Shown in pieces: positions 8,451 to 19,646 of a DNA stretch of 33,316 nt. The translations under genes were made by a program, and so were the position numbers. The stretch is from an uncultured Candidatus Saccharibacteria bacterium. Lineage in GTDB: Bacteria > Patescibacteriota > Minisyncoccia > Phycocordibacterales > UBA9973. The notes under the pieces are model-generated. The model was not told the origin of the DNA. It searched no databases and worked only from the letters and a program-made list of their open reading frames with translations. The stretch's first letter is position 1; each line of letters opens with the position of its first letter. The DNA lies in the NCBI GenBank assembly GCA_964356875.1, contig CAYHIX010000005.1, forward strand, positions 1-33,316. The letters are read 5' to 3'.

Positions 8451-9509
8451 ATGGATTATAAAAAAGTATTTGAAGAACTTATTCAAACTATCATTCAAGA
8501 AGGTGGGTCTGACTTGCATTTAGGTGTGGGTCGTGTACCTGTAGTTCGTGTGGCCGGGGAATTAATATCTTTAGTCAAACATCCAGTTATTTCCGCTGAT
8601 GATATGATAGGGATTTTAACTGAAGCAATTACAAAACCAAAAGTTGATAAGTTTCTAGAAGAACAAGAAATAGATTTCTCATATGATTTTCGTGGAGAGG
8701 CAAGACTGAGAGGTAATGGCTTTTTCCAGAAAGGTCTTATCAATGTCGTATTCAGATTAGTGCCAAAAGTAAAAACTATCAAGGAGCTACACTTACCTCC
8801 AATACTAGAAGAGATCACCAGGAAGAAACAAGGTTTTTTCTTAGTTGTTGGTCCAGTTGGGCAAGGTAAGTCTACCACTCTTTCAGCTATGGTAAATCTA
8901 ATAAACAACGAACAAGCGAGACACATAGTCACTATCGAAGATCCGATCGAATATGTGTATGCTCAAAATAAATCTATAATAAATCAAAGAGAGGTAGGTA
9001 TAGATACCAAAGACTCACAATCTGCCCTAAAGTCAGTTTTTAGAGAAGATGTAAATGTAATATTAATCGGTGAGATGCGTACTCCAGAGACCATAGCTAC
9101 TGCAGTGACTGCAGCCGAGACAGGACACTTGGTTTTCTCAACTTTACATACTAACAATGCTGCGCAGACTATAGACAGAATCATCGACTCATTCCCAGGT
9201 TCTCAACAAGATCAGATCCGTACTCAGCTTTCTTCTAGTTTGCTCGGGATATTTTCTCAAAGACTAATCCCAAGGATTACTGGAGGTTTAGTACCTGCAT
9301 ATGAACTTCTATTAAATAACAACGCAGTTTCAAATCTAATCCGTGAAAAGAGAACTCATGAGATAGACGTGGTTATAGAGACTGGGATGGAGGGTGGTAT
9401 GGTAGACTTAAACCATTCTTTGCTTGAGCTTGTTCGATCAGGAGAAATTTCAATAGAAAACGCAAGACAGTTTTCTCTAAATCCAAAAGGATTAGAACGA
9501 ATGATGTAG
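8451..9509 (+). CDS. pilT: type IV pilus retraction ATPase PilT
   Basis: SDLHL, GPVGQGKSTT, EDPIEY, GEMR, AETGHLVFSTLHT, AVSNLIRE (AIRNLIRE-like). Confidence 0.95.
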   Translation: MDYKKVFEELIQTIIQEGGSDLHLGVGRVPVVRVAGELISLVKHPVISADDMIGILTEAITKPKVDKFLEEQEIDFSYDFRGEARLRGNGFFQKGLINVVFRLVPKVKTIKELHLPPILEEITRKKQGFFLVVGPVGQGKSTTLSAMVNLINNEQARHIVTIEDPIEYVYAQNKSIINQREVGIDTKDSQSALKSVFREDVNVILIGEMRTPETIATAVTAAETGHLVFSTLHTNNAAQTIDRIIDSFPGSQQDQIRTQLSSSLLGIFSQRLIPRITGGLVPAYELLLNNNAVSNLIREKRTHEIDVVIETGMEGGMVDLNHSLLELVRSGEISIENARQFSLNPKGLERMM

Positions 9510-9520
9510 TAAATAAAAAT

Positions 9521-10729
9521 ATGCTATTTAAATATAATGCGGTAGATGAAAATGGAGTAAATAAAGAAGGAGAAATCGATGCACCTAATAAAGATATGGC
9601 CATCAGTGGTCTTCAGCATCGTGGTTTTGTCGTTATTTCCATAAAAGATGAACATGAGAAAAAATCTTTCCTCGACATATCTTTCTTTGAGAAAGTTTCA
9701 AATAAAGATGTAGTGATATTGTCTAGGCAGATTTCTACTTTGTTCGAAGCTCAAGTCTCTGCTCTGAAGGCATTTACTATGCTTGCGGCAAATACCGAGA
9801 AAAAGCTTTTAAGAAGTAAATTAAATGAAATAGGGGATGACCTTCAGGCCGGAGTTTCTATATCAGGTTCGCTCGCGCGTCACCCAGATGTGTTTTCTGA
9901 TTTTTATATAAACATGGTTAAGGTGGGGGAGGAAACAGGTAAACTCAATCAAGTCTTCCTACATCTTGCAGAGTACTTAGACCGTCAATATTCTCTAACT
10001 TCTAAGACTCGTAATGCCCTTATTTATCCGGTATTCGTGATATTTACTTTCTTTGTGGTGATGACGTTGATGTTTGTCGTAGTTATCCCAAAGCTGTCTT
10101 CGATCATTCTAGATTCTGGGCAAGAAATACCTTTCTATACAAAAATCATAATCTGGATCTCAGATATGTTCGTAAACTATGGTTTTCTAGCAGTTATATT
10201 TTTGGTATTTTTTAGTATTTGGGTTTGGCGTCTTTCTGCGACAGAAAAAGGCAAGATATATTTAGACAGTACTAGGTTGTCTATACCTGCAATTGGGGAT
10301 CTGTATAAAAAATTATATTTGTCTAGAATAGCGGACAACATGGATACGATGCTTTCTGCGGGGGTTCCTATCCTTCGGGTTATAGAAATTACATCAAAAG
10401 TTGTAGGAAGTCGTGTGTATCAAAATGTGTTGCAAGATGTTTCTGAGAATGTGAAGGCCGGGCTATCTATCTCAGCGGCTTTTGATAAACATCATGAAGA
10501 GATACCAGGCATCATGGTGCAGATGATAAAAGTGGGAGAAGAGACAGGATCTCTCGGGTCTATTTTGAAAACTTTAGCTGAATTTTACAAAAGGGAAGTT
10601 GACGGCGCAGTGGATACTCTTGTCGGCCTTATTGAACCTATCATGATAGTGGTTTTGGGTCTTGGGGTGGGAGTGCTTTTGGTGTCTGTGCTTGTTCCTA
10701 TTTACAACTTAGCAGGTGGAATAAGCTAA
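9521..10729 (+). CDS. pilC: type IV pilus platform protein PilC (GspF family)
   Basis: Two GspF repeats with MVKVGEETG and MIKVGEETG, ALIYP, LIEP. Confidence 0.95.
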   Translation: MLFKYNAVDENGVNKEGEIDAPNKDMAISGLQHRGFVVISIKDEHEKKSFLDISFFEKVSNKDVVILSRQISTLFEAQVSALKAFTMLAANTEKKLLRSKLNEIGDDLQAGVSISGSLARHPDVFSDFYINMVKVGEETGKLNQVFLHLAEYLDRQYSLTSKTRNALIYPVFVIFTFFVVMTLMFVVVIPKLSSIILDSGQEIPFYTKIIIWISDMFVNYGFLAVIFLVFFSIWVWRLSATEKGKIYLDSTRLSIPAIGDLYKKLYLSRIADNMDTMLSAGVPILRVIEITSKVVGSRVYQNVLQDVSENVKAGLSISAAFDKHHEEIPGIMVQMIKVGEETGSLGSILKTLAEFYKREVDGAVDTLVGLIEPIMIVVLGLGVGVLLVSVLVPIYNLAGGIS

Positions 10730-10740
10730 ATTCGCTTTTA

Positions 10741-10795
10741 GTTATCCACTGTGGATAACTTGTTTGCTTTTGAGTCTCAGTCTGTATGCTATAAT
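10741..10795 (+). promoter_or_regulatory. inverted DnaA-box pair plus extended -10 of the major pilin promoter
   Basis: GTTATCCAC-T-GTGGATAAC palindrome 10741-10759; TGc-TATAAT 10787-10795. Confidence 0.6.
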
Positions 10796-10890
10796 TAAGA
10801 CATTAAAAAACAAGTCGATTATAAATTATAAATTTCCGCCCGAGGCGGAGAAAATTATTAATAAATTTAGCCTTAGGCTGAAAAAATATT

Positions 10891-11397
10891 ATGAAAAAAT
10901 TGAATTTTAAAAGAGGTTTCACTTTGATCGAACTTTTAGTTGTCGTTGCGATCATCGGTATCTTAGCTTCTGTAGTTTTAGCATCACTTAACACTGCTCG
11001 TTCAAAGGGTGCTGATGCGGCTGTAAAAGCTAACCTAGCAAACGCTCGTGCACAAGCAGAACTTTTCTATGATGCAAACGCAAATTCTTACTACGGTGGT
11101 ACAGCTGCCACAGATGTATGTAATACTGCAGGCCTTGCGTCTGGCGTAAAGAGTATATACTCTTCTGTTGCTGCTGCACATACTGCGTATGGTGCTTCTG
11201 GTACTCCAGGTACTACTCTAGCTACTGCTGGAGCTTGGAACATAGCTACTTGTCACTCTAGTGCTACTGCGTGGGCTGCTGAAGCTCCCCTAAAGGCTAG
11301 TGCTTCAGGTACTCCTGTTATGTACTGTGTTGATAGTACAGGTGTTTCTAAGCAAACTGCTGCTGCATTAGGTGCAAGTGCTGTTGTTTGTCCTTAG
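10891..11397 (+). CDS. type IV major pilin (PilA-like)
   Basis: Class III signal KRG|FTLIELLVVVAIIGILA, Ala/Gly/Thr-rich body, 4 Cys, own promoter and terminator. Confidence 0.9.
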   Translation: MKKLNFKRGFTLIELLVVVAIIGILASVVLASLNTARSKGADAAVKANLANARAQAELFYDANANSYYGGTAATDVCNTAGLASGVKSIYSSVAAAHTAYGASGTPGTTLATAGAWNIATCHSSATAWAAEAPLKASASGTPVMYCVDSTGVSKQTAAALGASAVVCP

Positions 11398-11418
11398 TTT
11401 AAATCTCTAGATTTGTAA

Positions 11419-11450
11419 ACAAAAACCACCCTAAAAGGGGTGGTTTTTGT
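11419..11450 (+). terminator. intrinsic terminator after first pilin
   Basis: ACAAAAACCACCC...GGGTGGTTTTTGT followed by further T residues. Confidence 0.85.
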
Positions 11451-11505
11451 TTTGTATGTGTTATAATTATTCTTAGATATATTATAACTTTTTAGTAAAA
11501 TTACT

Positions 11506-12000
11506 ATGAACAATAAAAAAATATTTAAAAGAGGTTTCACTTTGATCGAACTTTTAGTTGTTGTTGCCATCATCGGCTTACTTGCCACTGTAGTTGTCGC
11601 CGCGTTAAACAATGCTCGCAATAAAGGAGGTGATGCTGGGGTACAGACTAATCTTAGAAGTGTTTCAAATGGAGCTGAGCTATTTTTTGTTAACAACACA
11701 AATTCTTACTTACCATCTGGGGGATCTACTTTTACTATTGCTACTTGTCCCGCATACAATGTCGCTGGGACCAATATGCTCTCTCGGGATAAGAATATTT
11801 CTGGAGCCATCGCTCAGGCGGTAAGCAATGGCGGCAACAACGGTAGTTCTTGTTATAACTCTGCTAATGTCTGGGCTGTAGCTGTTGGACTAAAAACAAG
11901 CGCTACTACTTCTTGGTGTGTGGACAGCACAGGAGCGGCAAGACAAGTCGCCTCTGCCCCAGGGTCAGCTATTAATGCCTCTACATTTATCTGTAATTAG
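11506..12000 (+). CDS. type IV pilin, paralog of the preceding pilin
   Basis: KRG|FTLIELLVVVAIIGLLA, WAVAVGLK, CVDSTG shared with pilin 1. Confidence 0.9.
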   Translation: MNNKKIFKRGFTLIELLVVVAIIGLLATVVVAALNNARNKGGDAGVQTNLRSVSNGAELFFVNNTNSYLPSGGSTFTIATCPAYNVAGTNMLSRDKNISGAIAQAVSNGGNNGSSCYNSANVWAVAVGLKTSATTSWCVDSTGAARQVASAPGSAINASTFICN

Positions 12001-12008
12001 TTTTTAAA

Positions 12009-12800
12009 ATGTATATTTTTTTTACAATAATTTTTTTTGCCCTTGGTTTAATTATAGGTAGTTTCTTGAATGTGGTTATCTATAGGATAAACACATCTAA
12101 ATCACTAGGGGGTAGGAGTGCATGCATGTCTTGTAGGAATCAATTGTGTTGGTTTGAGCTTATACCCTTTTTTAGTTTCTTAGGTTTAAAAGGTAGATGT
12201 AGAAATTGTAAAACTAAAATCTCCCTCCAATACCCATTAGTTGAGTTTTTGACTGGAATGCTCTTTGTGTTTATTTTTCTGAAATTCCAAAGTTTATTAC
12301 TCATAGATCCTTTTGTATTTTTAATTACATTCCTATACTACGTAGCCATGTTTTCTATATTAATGGTTATCGTGATATACGACTTAAAACATAAAATCAT
12401 TCCTGACATCTTGTCATTTACGTTCGGATTTTTGGCGTTTGTTGGATTATTCTTTTTTACATACGATGGGCTTTATGTCCATATGCCCACTATGCTTGAT
12501 TTATTGTCTGGTGTTTTGACTGCTCTGCCATTCTTTTTATTATGGCTTTTATCAAAGGGAGCTTGGATGGGGCTCGGAGATGCCAAGCTTGCTCTCGGCC
12601 TCGGGTGGTTTGTAGGCATAGCCCTTGCTTTGTCTGCTCTTGCGCTCTCTTTTTGGATTGGAACCATAGTAGGACTCTATCTTATATTTTTCAAAAAAGG
12701 ATATGGTATGAAAAGTGAAATACCTTTTGCTCCGTACCTAGTACTGGGCACATTTCTTGCTTTTATTTTTAATCTTAATATTTTTCATGTTTATTTTTAA
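12009..12800 (+). CDS. pilD: prepilin peptidase PilD (A24A)
   Basis: GSFLNVVIYR, two CxxC, YD..HKIIPD, MGLGDAKL, IPFAPYL. Confidence 0.95.
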   Translation: MYIFFTIIFFALGLIIGSFLNVVIYRINTSKSLGGRSACMSCRNQLCWFELIPFFSFLGLKGRCRNCKTKISLQYPLVEFLTGMLFVFIFLKFQSLLLIDPFVFLITFLYYVAMFSILMVIVIYDLKHKIIPDILSFTFGFLAFVGLFFFTYDGLYVHMPTMLDLLSGVLTALPFFLLWLLSKGAWMGLGDAKLALGLGWFVGIALALSALALSFWIGTIVGLYLIFFKKGYGMKSEIPFAPYLVLGTFLAFIFNLNIFHVYF

Positions 12801-12803
12801 TAT

Positions 12804-13412
12804 ATGTTAATTAAAAAAAATAAACCATTAAAGAGAAATAAAGGCATGAGCTATGTAGAGATCATAGTCGTCTTGAGTATATTTTCAGTACTTTCCTCTG
12901 TGGTTATATATAACTATAGTCAATTCCAAGCAAAGGTGGATATAAAGAGCTTGGCTAGTGACATAGCACTTAAGGTGATAGAAGCACAGAAATCCGCTCT
13001 TTCTGGGTTGCTACCACAATCTGGTATTCCCTTGAATTGGAAGCCAGCTTACGGGGTGTATTTTAATATAGGGAGTAATCCAGTGACCGACAATAAGAGC
13101 TTTGTGTATTTTGTAGACCTAGACCAGGATACTTTTTTTGATGGCAGTGCTTGTACGCTAGAGTGTTTGAATAAAGTTTCCATCACTGCTGGTAACACGA
13201 TTTCTAACTTAACTGTGTTTTATCAAAACGGGCAGAGTGCTTCTTTGAATGATTTGACTGTTTCATTTACTAGACCAAATTCTGGAGCAACTATAAAATC
13301 ATCTACAAATTTCACATCTGATATTTCTTATGTCGAGATAAAAGTACTTTCACCAAAGTTACCAAGTGCTACAATAAGAGTATATCCATCTGGGCGAATT
13401 CAAGTTAAATAA
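12804..13412 (+). CDS. minor pilin (FimT/GspH-like)
   Basis: KG|MSYVEIIVVL cleavage motif with E5; first of four minor pilins. Confidence 0.75.
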   Translation: MLIKKNKPLKRNKGMSYVEIIVVLSIFSVLSSVVIYNYSQFQAKVDIKSLASDIALKVIEAQKSALSGLLPQSGIPLNWKPAYGVYFNIGSNPVTDNKSFVYFVDLDQDTFFDGSACTLECLNKVSITAGNTISNLTVFYQNGQSASLNDLTVSFTRPNSGATIKSSTNFTSDISYVEIKVLSPKLPSATIRVYPSGRIQVK

Positions 13413-13417
13413 ACACC

Positions 13418-14053
13418 ATGAACACTTTTCTAGATATCAACATAAAAAAGATAGGAGATAAGGGTGGTTACACTATCATCGAAACTATGATCGCAGTATC
13501 TTTACTATTGGTAGTCACCATCACCGGCATGGGGGCGTTACTAAATGCAAACTTAATACATCAAAAATCCGAAAGCTCCAGGGAGATCATGGATAGTTTG
13601 AGCTTTATTATGGAAGATATGTCTAAAAACCTTAGAACTGGTACAAATTATCATTGCGTTAACGATGGGAACTTTACTTTGAATAATATAAATACACCAA
13701 AAAGCTGTGCGACTGGGGGAGCGATAGCTTTTGAAAATGGTCTTGGTGATCCAAGTATTAACAATGATCAATGGATTTATAAAATAGAATCCGTTGATGG
13801 TATTCAGCCTTTTAATATTTTTAAATCTGTTGATAGTGGAGCTACATGGGTTCAATTAAATCCGAATGAAGTCGAGATAGATTCACTATCTAGTTTTTCA
13901 GTCGTAGGAGCTGAACCACCTGATGAGAATGGAGGCGGGGACAATAAACAGCCTTTTGTTACGATGAAACTGATAGGTGAAATAAAGGTTAAAAATACTA
14001 CTACACCATTTACCTTACAAACTTCAGTCTCTCAGAGATCAATAGATATTTAA
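13418..14053 (+). CDS. minor pilin (PilW/GspJ-like)
   Basis: GG|YTIIETMIAV motif; C-terminal LQTSVSQR. Confidence 0.75.
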   Translation: MNTFLDINIKKIGDKGGYTIIETMIAVSLLLVVTITGMGALLNANLIHQKSESSREIMDSLSFIMEDMSKNLRTGTNYHCVNDGNFTLNNINTPKSCATGGAIAFENGLGDPSINNDQWIYKIESVDGIQPFNIFKSVDSGATWVQLNPNEVEIDSLSSFSVVGAEPPDENGGGDNKQPFVTMKLIGEIKVKNTTTPFTLQTSVSQRSIDI

Positions 14054-14059
14054 TTTCAT

Positions 14060-14500
14060 ATGAAGAACATATTATTAAAATTAAATAAAAAAAACACAGG
14101 CTTTACTTTAGTGGAGACCTTAGTTTCTTTATCTATTTTTAGCGTCTCCGTTATATTGTTTATGTCTGTTTTGGGTTCTGGGATTACGGATACAAACTAC
14201 GCAAAGCAGAAAATCGTCGCTGGGTATTTAGCTCAAGAGGGAATCGAATACATGAGAAATATGCGCGACAACAATGTCTTGTATGACCCCATGGGGCCTC
14301 AGCATGGCTGGGATACATTTAAGACATTAAGTATGAACTATCCAGTTACTAATCCTGATCTGTCTAATTTTACCAGGACAACCAGTATAGATATTTCAAA
14401 TTTTGGGACCAATGAAGTCAAGATCACTTCCACTGTTTCTTGGCGCCAAGGGTCTGGAGTATACAGTGTAGTTTTTTCAGAGAATTTATTTAATTGGTAA
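14060..14500 (+). CDS. minor pilin (PilV/GspI-like)
   Basis: TG|FTLVETLVSL, LAQEGIEYMRNMRD, VKITSTVSW. Confidence 0.78.
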   Translation: MKNILLKLNKKNTGFTLVETLVSLSIFSVSVILFMSVLGSGITDTNYAKQKIVAGYLAQEGIEYMRNMRDNNVLYDPMGPQHGWDTFKTLSMNYPVTNPDLSNFTRTTSIDISNFGTNEVKITSTVSWRQGSGVYSVVFSENLFNW

Positions 14501-14509
14501 TTTGTAATA

Positions 14510-14998
14510 ATGATTAAAAATAATAAAAATAATAAAAAAGGTTTCGCGATACTCTTTGCAGTTACACTTTCTAGTATCCTTCTATCTATAGCTCTTGGAG
14601 TTACTAACATAGCTTTGAAAGAATTAAAGTTTAGTACATCTGCTAAAGCCACCAACGACGCCTTTTTTGCAGCCGATACCGGTATTGAATGTGCGCTCTT
14701 TAATGATAAATCTCCTACGACTTCTTTCCCTCAGACCGGGGGCTCTGGGATAGTAAATTGCCTCGGTGCGACTATTCCACTTAATGGCTCTTACCCAGAC
14801 TGGTCTTTTACTCTTAGTGAATTTGGCGGTACGGGAAGGTCTTGCGCTAAAGTCACTCTATCTAGATCTCTTGATAACAGCACAAATCCTCCATCTATCG
14901 CGACTCTTATTGTCTCTAAAGGTTATAACAATGGTGATAGCTCATGTAATTCTACTAACGCAGATCGCATAGAGCGCGAACTCAGGGTTATGTACTAA
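14510..14998 (+). CDS. minor pilin (PilX/GspK-like)
   Basis: KG|FAILFAV without E5 (typical of PilX), AFFAADTGIECAL. Confidence 0.78.
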   Translation: MIKNNKNNKKGFAILFAVTLSSILLSIALGVTNIALKELKFSTSAKATNDAFFAADTGIECALFNDKSPTTSFPQTGGSGIVNCLGATIPLNGSYPDWSFTLSEFGGTGRSCAKVTLSRSLDNSTNPPSIATLIVSKGYNNGDSSCNSTNADRIERELRVMY

Positions 14999-15048
14999 AT
15001 TTCTAATGAATTTATGGATATATTATAATCTGCCAAAATAGATTATAA

Positions 15049-17088
<2,040 letters not shown>

Positions 17089-17129
17089 TTATAAAACGTT
17101 TATTTATAAATTAATTTAATTAAAATAAT

Positions 17130-17315
17130 ATGAAAACATTAAAATGTGATTTGTGCGAAGCCACAGTACAGGGTGAAACATTCGAACAATGGATGAAGGC
17201 ACTTATGCCACACTATATGGAAGCTCATTCTGATGTAATGAGTAATCCTAACAAAACAAAAGAAGATCAAGAGAAGTGGATGATGGAAAACAAAGCAAGA
17301 TTTGAGATTGCATAA
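17130..17315 (+). CDS. small putative metal-binding protein (DUF1059-like pattern)
   Basis: 61 aa with CDLC...HYMEAH (C2H2-type ligand set). Confidence 0.65.
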   Translation: MKTLKCDLCEATVQGETFEQWMKALMPHYMEAHSDVMSNPNKTKEDQEKWMMENKARFEIA

Positions 17316-17328
17316 AAGTGTGTATCTG

Positions 17329-17413
17329 CGGAGGCTGGGAGATTCGAACTCCCGATACCTTTCGGTATGCCACCTTTCCAAGGTGGTGGAATAAACCGCT
17401 ATCCGACGCCTCC
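17329..17413 (-). tRNA. tRNA-Ser(GGA)
   Basis: Minus strand GGAGGCG..., anticodon arm CCACC-TTGGAAA-GGTGG, variable arm ATACC-GAAA-GGTAT, T arm GGGAG-TTCGAAT-CTCCC, G73; G7:A66 mismatch; no encoded CCA. Confidence 0.93.
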
Positions 17414-17473
17414 AGTACATATACAATCTACACTATTTTATTAAAAACAAAAGGCTTGTGTTATAATTCATTT

Positions 17474-17920
17474 ATGTTATTTAGAAAAATAGATGTTACT
17501 CTTATACACTTTTTTAGGAGAATCTCTGTGCCCGTGGCTAGGTTTGGGCTGTTTGTTGTTTTCTTTTGGTTTGGACTTTTGAAAGTTATTGGGCTGTCGC
17601 CCGCGAGTGGACTTGTCCAAGATCTATTCCACCAGACTGTACCCTTTATGCAATTCTCTTTGTTTCTAGTTTTATTTGGTTTATTTGAATGTTTGATAGG
17701 TATTTTGTTTTTATTTAAAGGTTATGAAAGAATAGTAATACCACTCCTCTTTATACATATGGTGACTACATTCATGCCTTTATTCCTTTTACCTGCCGTT
17801 ACCTGGACGCAGTTTATGGTACCTACCTTAGAAGGTCAGTACATCATCAAGAACTTAGTCATCATCGCGGCTGCGATAGGTATAGCTGCACACCTACATC
17901 CATATTCTAGGAATAGCTAG
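17474..17920 (+). CDS. DoxX/DUF417-like membrane protein
   Basis: RFGL.VVFFWFGLLK...SPA and PTLEGQYIIKNLV; start moved to 17474 because the upstream extension overlaps the tRNA; TGt-TATAAT 6 nt upstream. Confidence 0.8.
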   Translation: MLFRKIDVTLIHFFRRISVPVARFGLFVVFFWFGLLKVIGLSPASGLVQDLFHQTVPFMQFSLFLVLFGLFECLIGILFLFKGYERIVIPLLFIHMVTTFMPLFLLPAVTWTQFMVPTLEGQYIIKNLVIIAAAIGIAAHLHPYSRNS

Positions 17921-17938
17921 CAAAGCAAAATAAACAAT

Positions 17939-18706
17939 ATGAGAAAATTTATAATTCTAAATAAAAAAGAAGGTGAGACTCCGCTCGAAACGCTGGAGGA
18001 TTTTAGATTGAAAAATAAATCATATAAAGATGCAAAGATGACATATGCTGGCCGGCTTGACCCTATGGCTTCTGGGTTACTCATTATCTTAGCAGGGGAG
18101 GAAACAAAAAATAAAGAAAAATATTTAGATCTTGATAAAGAGTATGAGTTTGAAGTACTTTTTGGTTTTCAGACGGATACATATGATATTTTAGGTCAGA
18201 TCACTAAATCTGCGAGGCAAGATCTCGCGCACAAGGATTTGGAAAAATTAATAAAACAAAATTTGAAACATTTTACAGGTAAGTTTATGCAGAGCTATCC
18301 TATGTATTCCTCAAAGACCGTAAAAGGTAAACAGCTATTTGAGTATGCGAGAGGGGGAGTTGAAGTGGAGACTCCCAGCCACGAGGTAAATGTTAAAAAA
18401 TTACAATTTATAAAATTACGAAAGATAAATAACAAAAAGCTTTTAGAAAATATTGCAAAGAGGGTAAGTAGAGTAAAAGGGGACTTTCGACAAAAAGAGA
18501 TTTTAAAAATTTGGCAAAAAGAATTAGAGAAATTAAATGCAAAAGCGCTCGAGCAGTTTTTCATTGGGAGTTTTAAGGTAAAATGCACCAGTGGTACATA
18601 TGTGAGGGGGATCGCAAACAGCTTAGGTGAAAAGATGCATATGCCAGCTCTCGCCTTTTCGATAAAGAGGACAAAGATAGGAAAATGGGGTAAGATATTA
18701 AGATGA
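17939..18706 (+). CDS. truB: tRNA pseudouridine(55) synthase TruB, no PUA domain apparent
   Basis: YAGRLDPMASGLL (catalytic Asp), TDTYDILG, PMYSS, CTSGTYVR. Confidence 0.9.
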   Translation: MRKFIILNKKEGETPLETLEDFRLKNKSYKDAKMTYAGRLDPMASGLLIILAGEETKNKEKYLDLDKEYEFEVLFGFQTDTYDILGQITKSARQDLAHKDLEKLIKQNLKHFTGKFMQSYPMYSSKTVKGKQLFEYARGGVEVETPSHEVNVKKLQFIKLRKINNKKLLENIAKRVSRVKGDFRQKEILKIWQKELEKLNAKALEQFFIGSFKVKCTSGTYVRGIANSLGEKMHMPALAFSIKRTKIGKWGKILR

Positions 18707-19623
18707 TAGCTCAAGATTTTCTAACTATAATATTTGGAGTTTTGGTAGTCGGATTTTTGATTGCCGACCTTGGATTCTTAAATAGAACCAGCCATAAGAT
18801 AGGTTTTCGCCCGGCTCTGTACCAATCGATTTTTTGGATAGTTATATCTCTTGTTTTTGGTTTGCTTATTTATATATACATGGGGCAAGTGCTAGCCGTT
18901 GAGTTTATCAGTGCTTATGTCACAGAAAAGATGCTTTCAGTAGATAATCTTTTTGTGATAATGCTCATATTCAGTTATTTTAAACTCGAAGAAAAGTATC
19001 ATCACCGTGTTCTTTTTTGGGGTATATTAGGAGCGATAGTTTTTCGAGCGATTTTCATTTTAGCTGGTGCGTATCTCATAGGTCAGTTCCACTTCATTCT
19101 ATATATTTTCGGCGCCATATTGCTTTATACTGGGGTAAAGTTACTAGCAGACAAAAAAGAAGAACACATTGATTTCAAGAACAGTAAAGTCATGAAGCTG
19201 GCACACAGGGTTTTTCCTTTCACTGACAGTCACCATGGGGGCAAGTTCTTTTTGGGGGAAAATGGTAAGTTCTTCTTCACTTCACTTTTTATGATAGTGC
19301 TTTTAGTAGAAGCCACAGATATCGTTTTTGCTGTCGACTCCATACCAGCAGTTTTTGCTATTTCTCAAAATTCTTTTATTGTCTTCACTTCAAACATTTT
19401 TGCTATCTTGGGTTTGCGAGCCCTGTTTTTTCTTTTGGAAAATGTCCTACACAGGTTTCATCATTTACAGAAAGGTTTAGCTGTCGTACTTATTTTTATA
19501 GGGCTTAAAATGCTTGTGGGGATATTTGGAGTACATATCTCTTCACTTGTTTCTTTTTCAGTTATCATGTTTGCTTTGATTTTCTCAATAGTTCTCTCCT
19601 ATATTTTTCCTAAAAAGATTTAA
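18703..19623 (+). CDS. TerC/Alx family metal-homeostasis membrane protein
   Basis: EKMLSVDNLFV, VLFWGILGAIVFR, DIVFAVDSIPA, TSNIFAILGLRALFF. Confidence 0.92.
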   Translation: MIAQDFLTIIFGVLVVGFLIADLGFLNRTSHKIGFRPALYQSIFWIVISLVFGLLIYIYMGQVLAVEFISAYVTEKMLSVDNLFVIMLIFSYFKLEEKYHHRVLFWGILGAIVFRAIFILAGAYLIGQFHFILYIFGAILLYTGVKLLADKKEEHIDFKNSKVMKLAHRVFPFTDSHHGGKFFLGENGKFFFTSLFMIVLLVEATDIVFAVDSIPAVFAISQNSFIVFTSNIFAILGLRALFFLLENVLHRFHHLQKGLAVVLIFIGLKMLVGIFGVHISSLVSFSVIMFALIFSIVLSYIFPKKI

Positions 19624-19646
19624 ATAATTGGTATATAATAGGAAAT

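Noticed and set aside
4327-10759. DnaA boxes as a replication origin
   Set aside because: Boxes are isolated in separate short intergenic gaps rather than clustered, and dnaA/dnaN are not in the window.
17329-17413. G7:A66 mismatch suggesting a pseudo-tRNA or integration scar
   Set aside because: All other arms are intact and I saw no duplicated 3' end nearby; one mismatch is not enough.
17139-17473. ORF 17139-17426(-) and the N-terminal extension of ORF 17318-17920
   Set aside because: Both read through tRNA-Ser(GGA); the real CDS starts at 17474.
18212-18228. GCGAGG-CAAGA-TCTCGC hairpin inside truB as a possible in-frame repeat
   Set aside because: 6-bp stem is within chance and is single-copy in this window.
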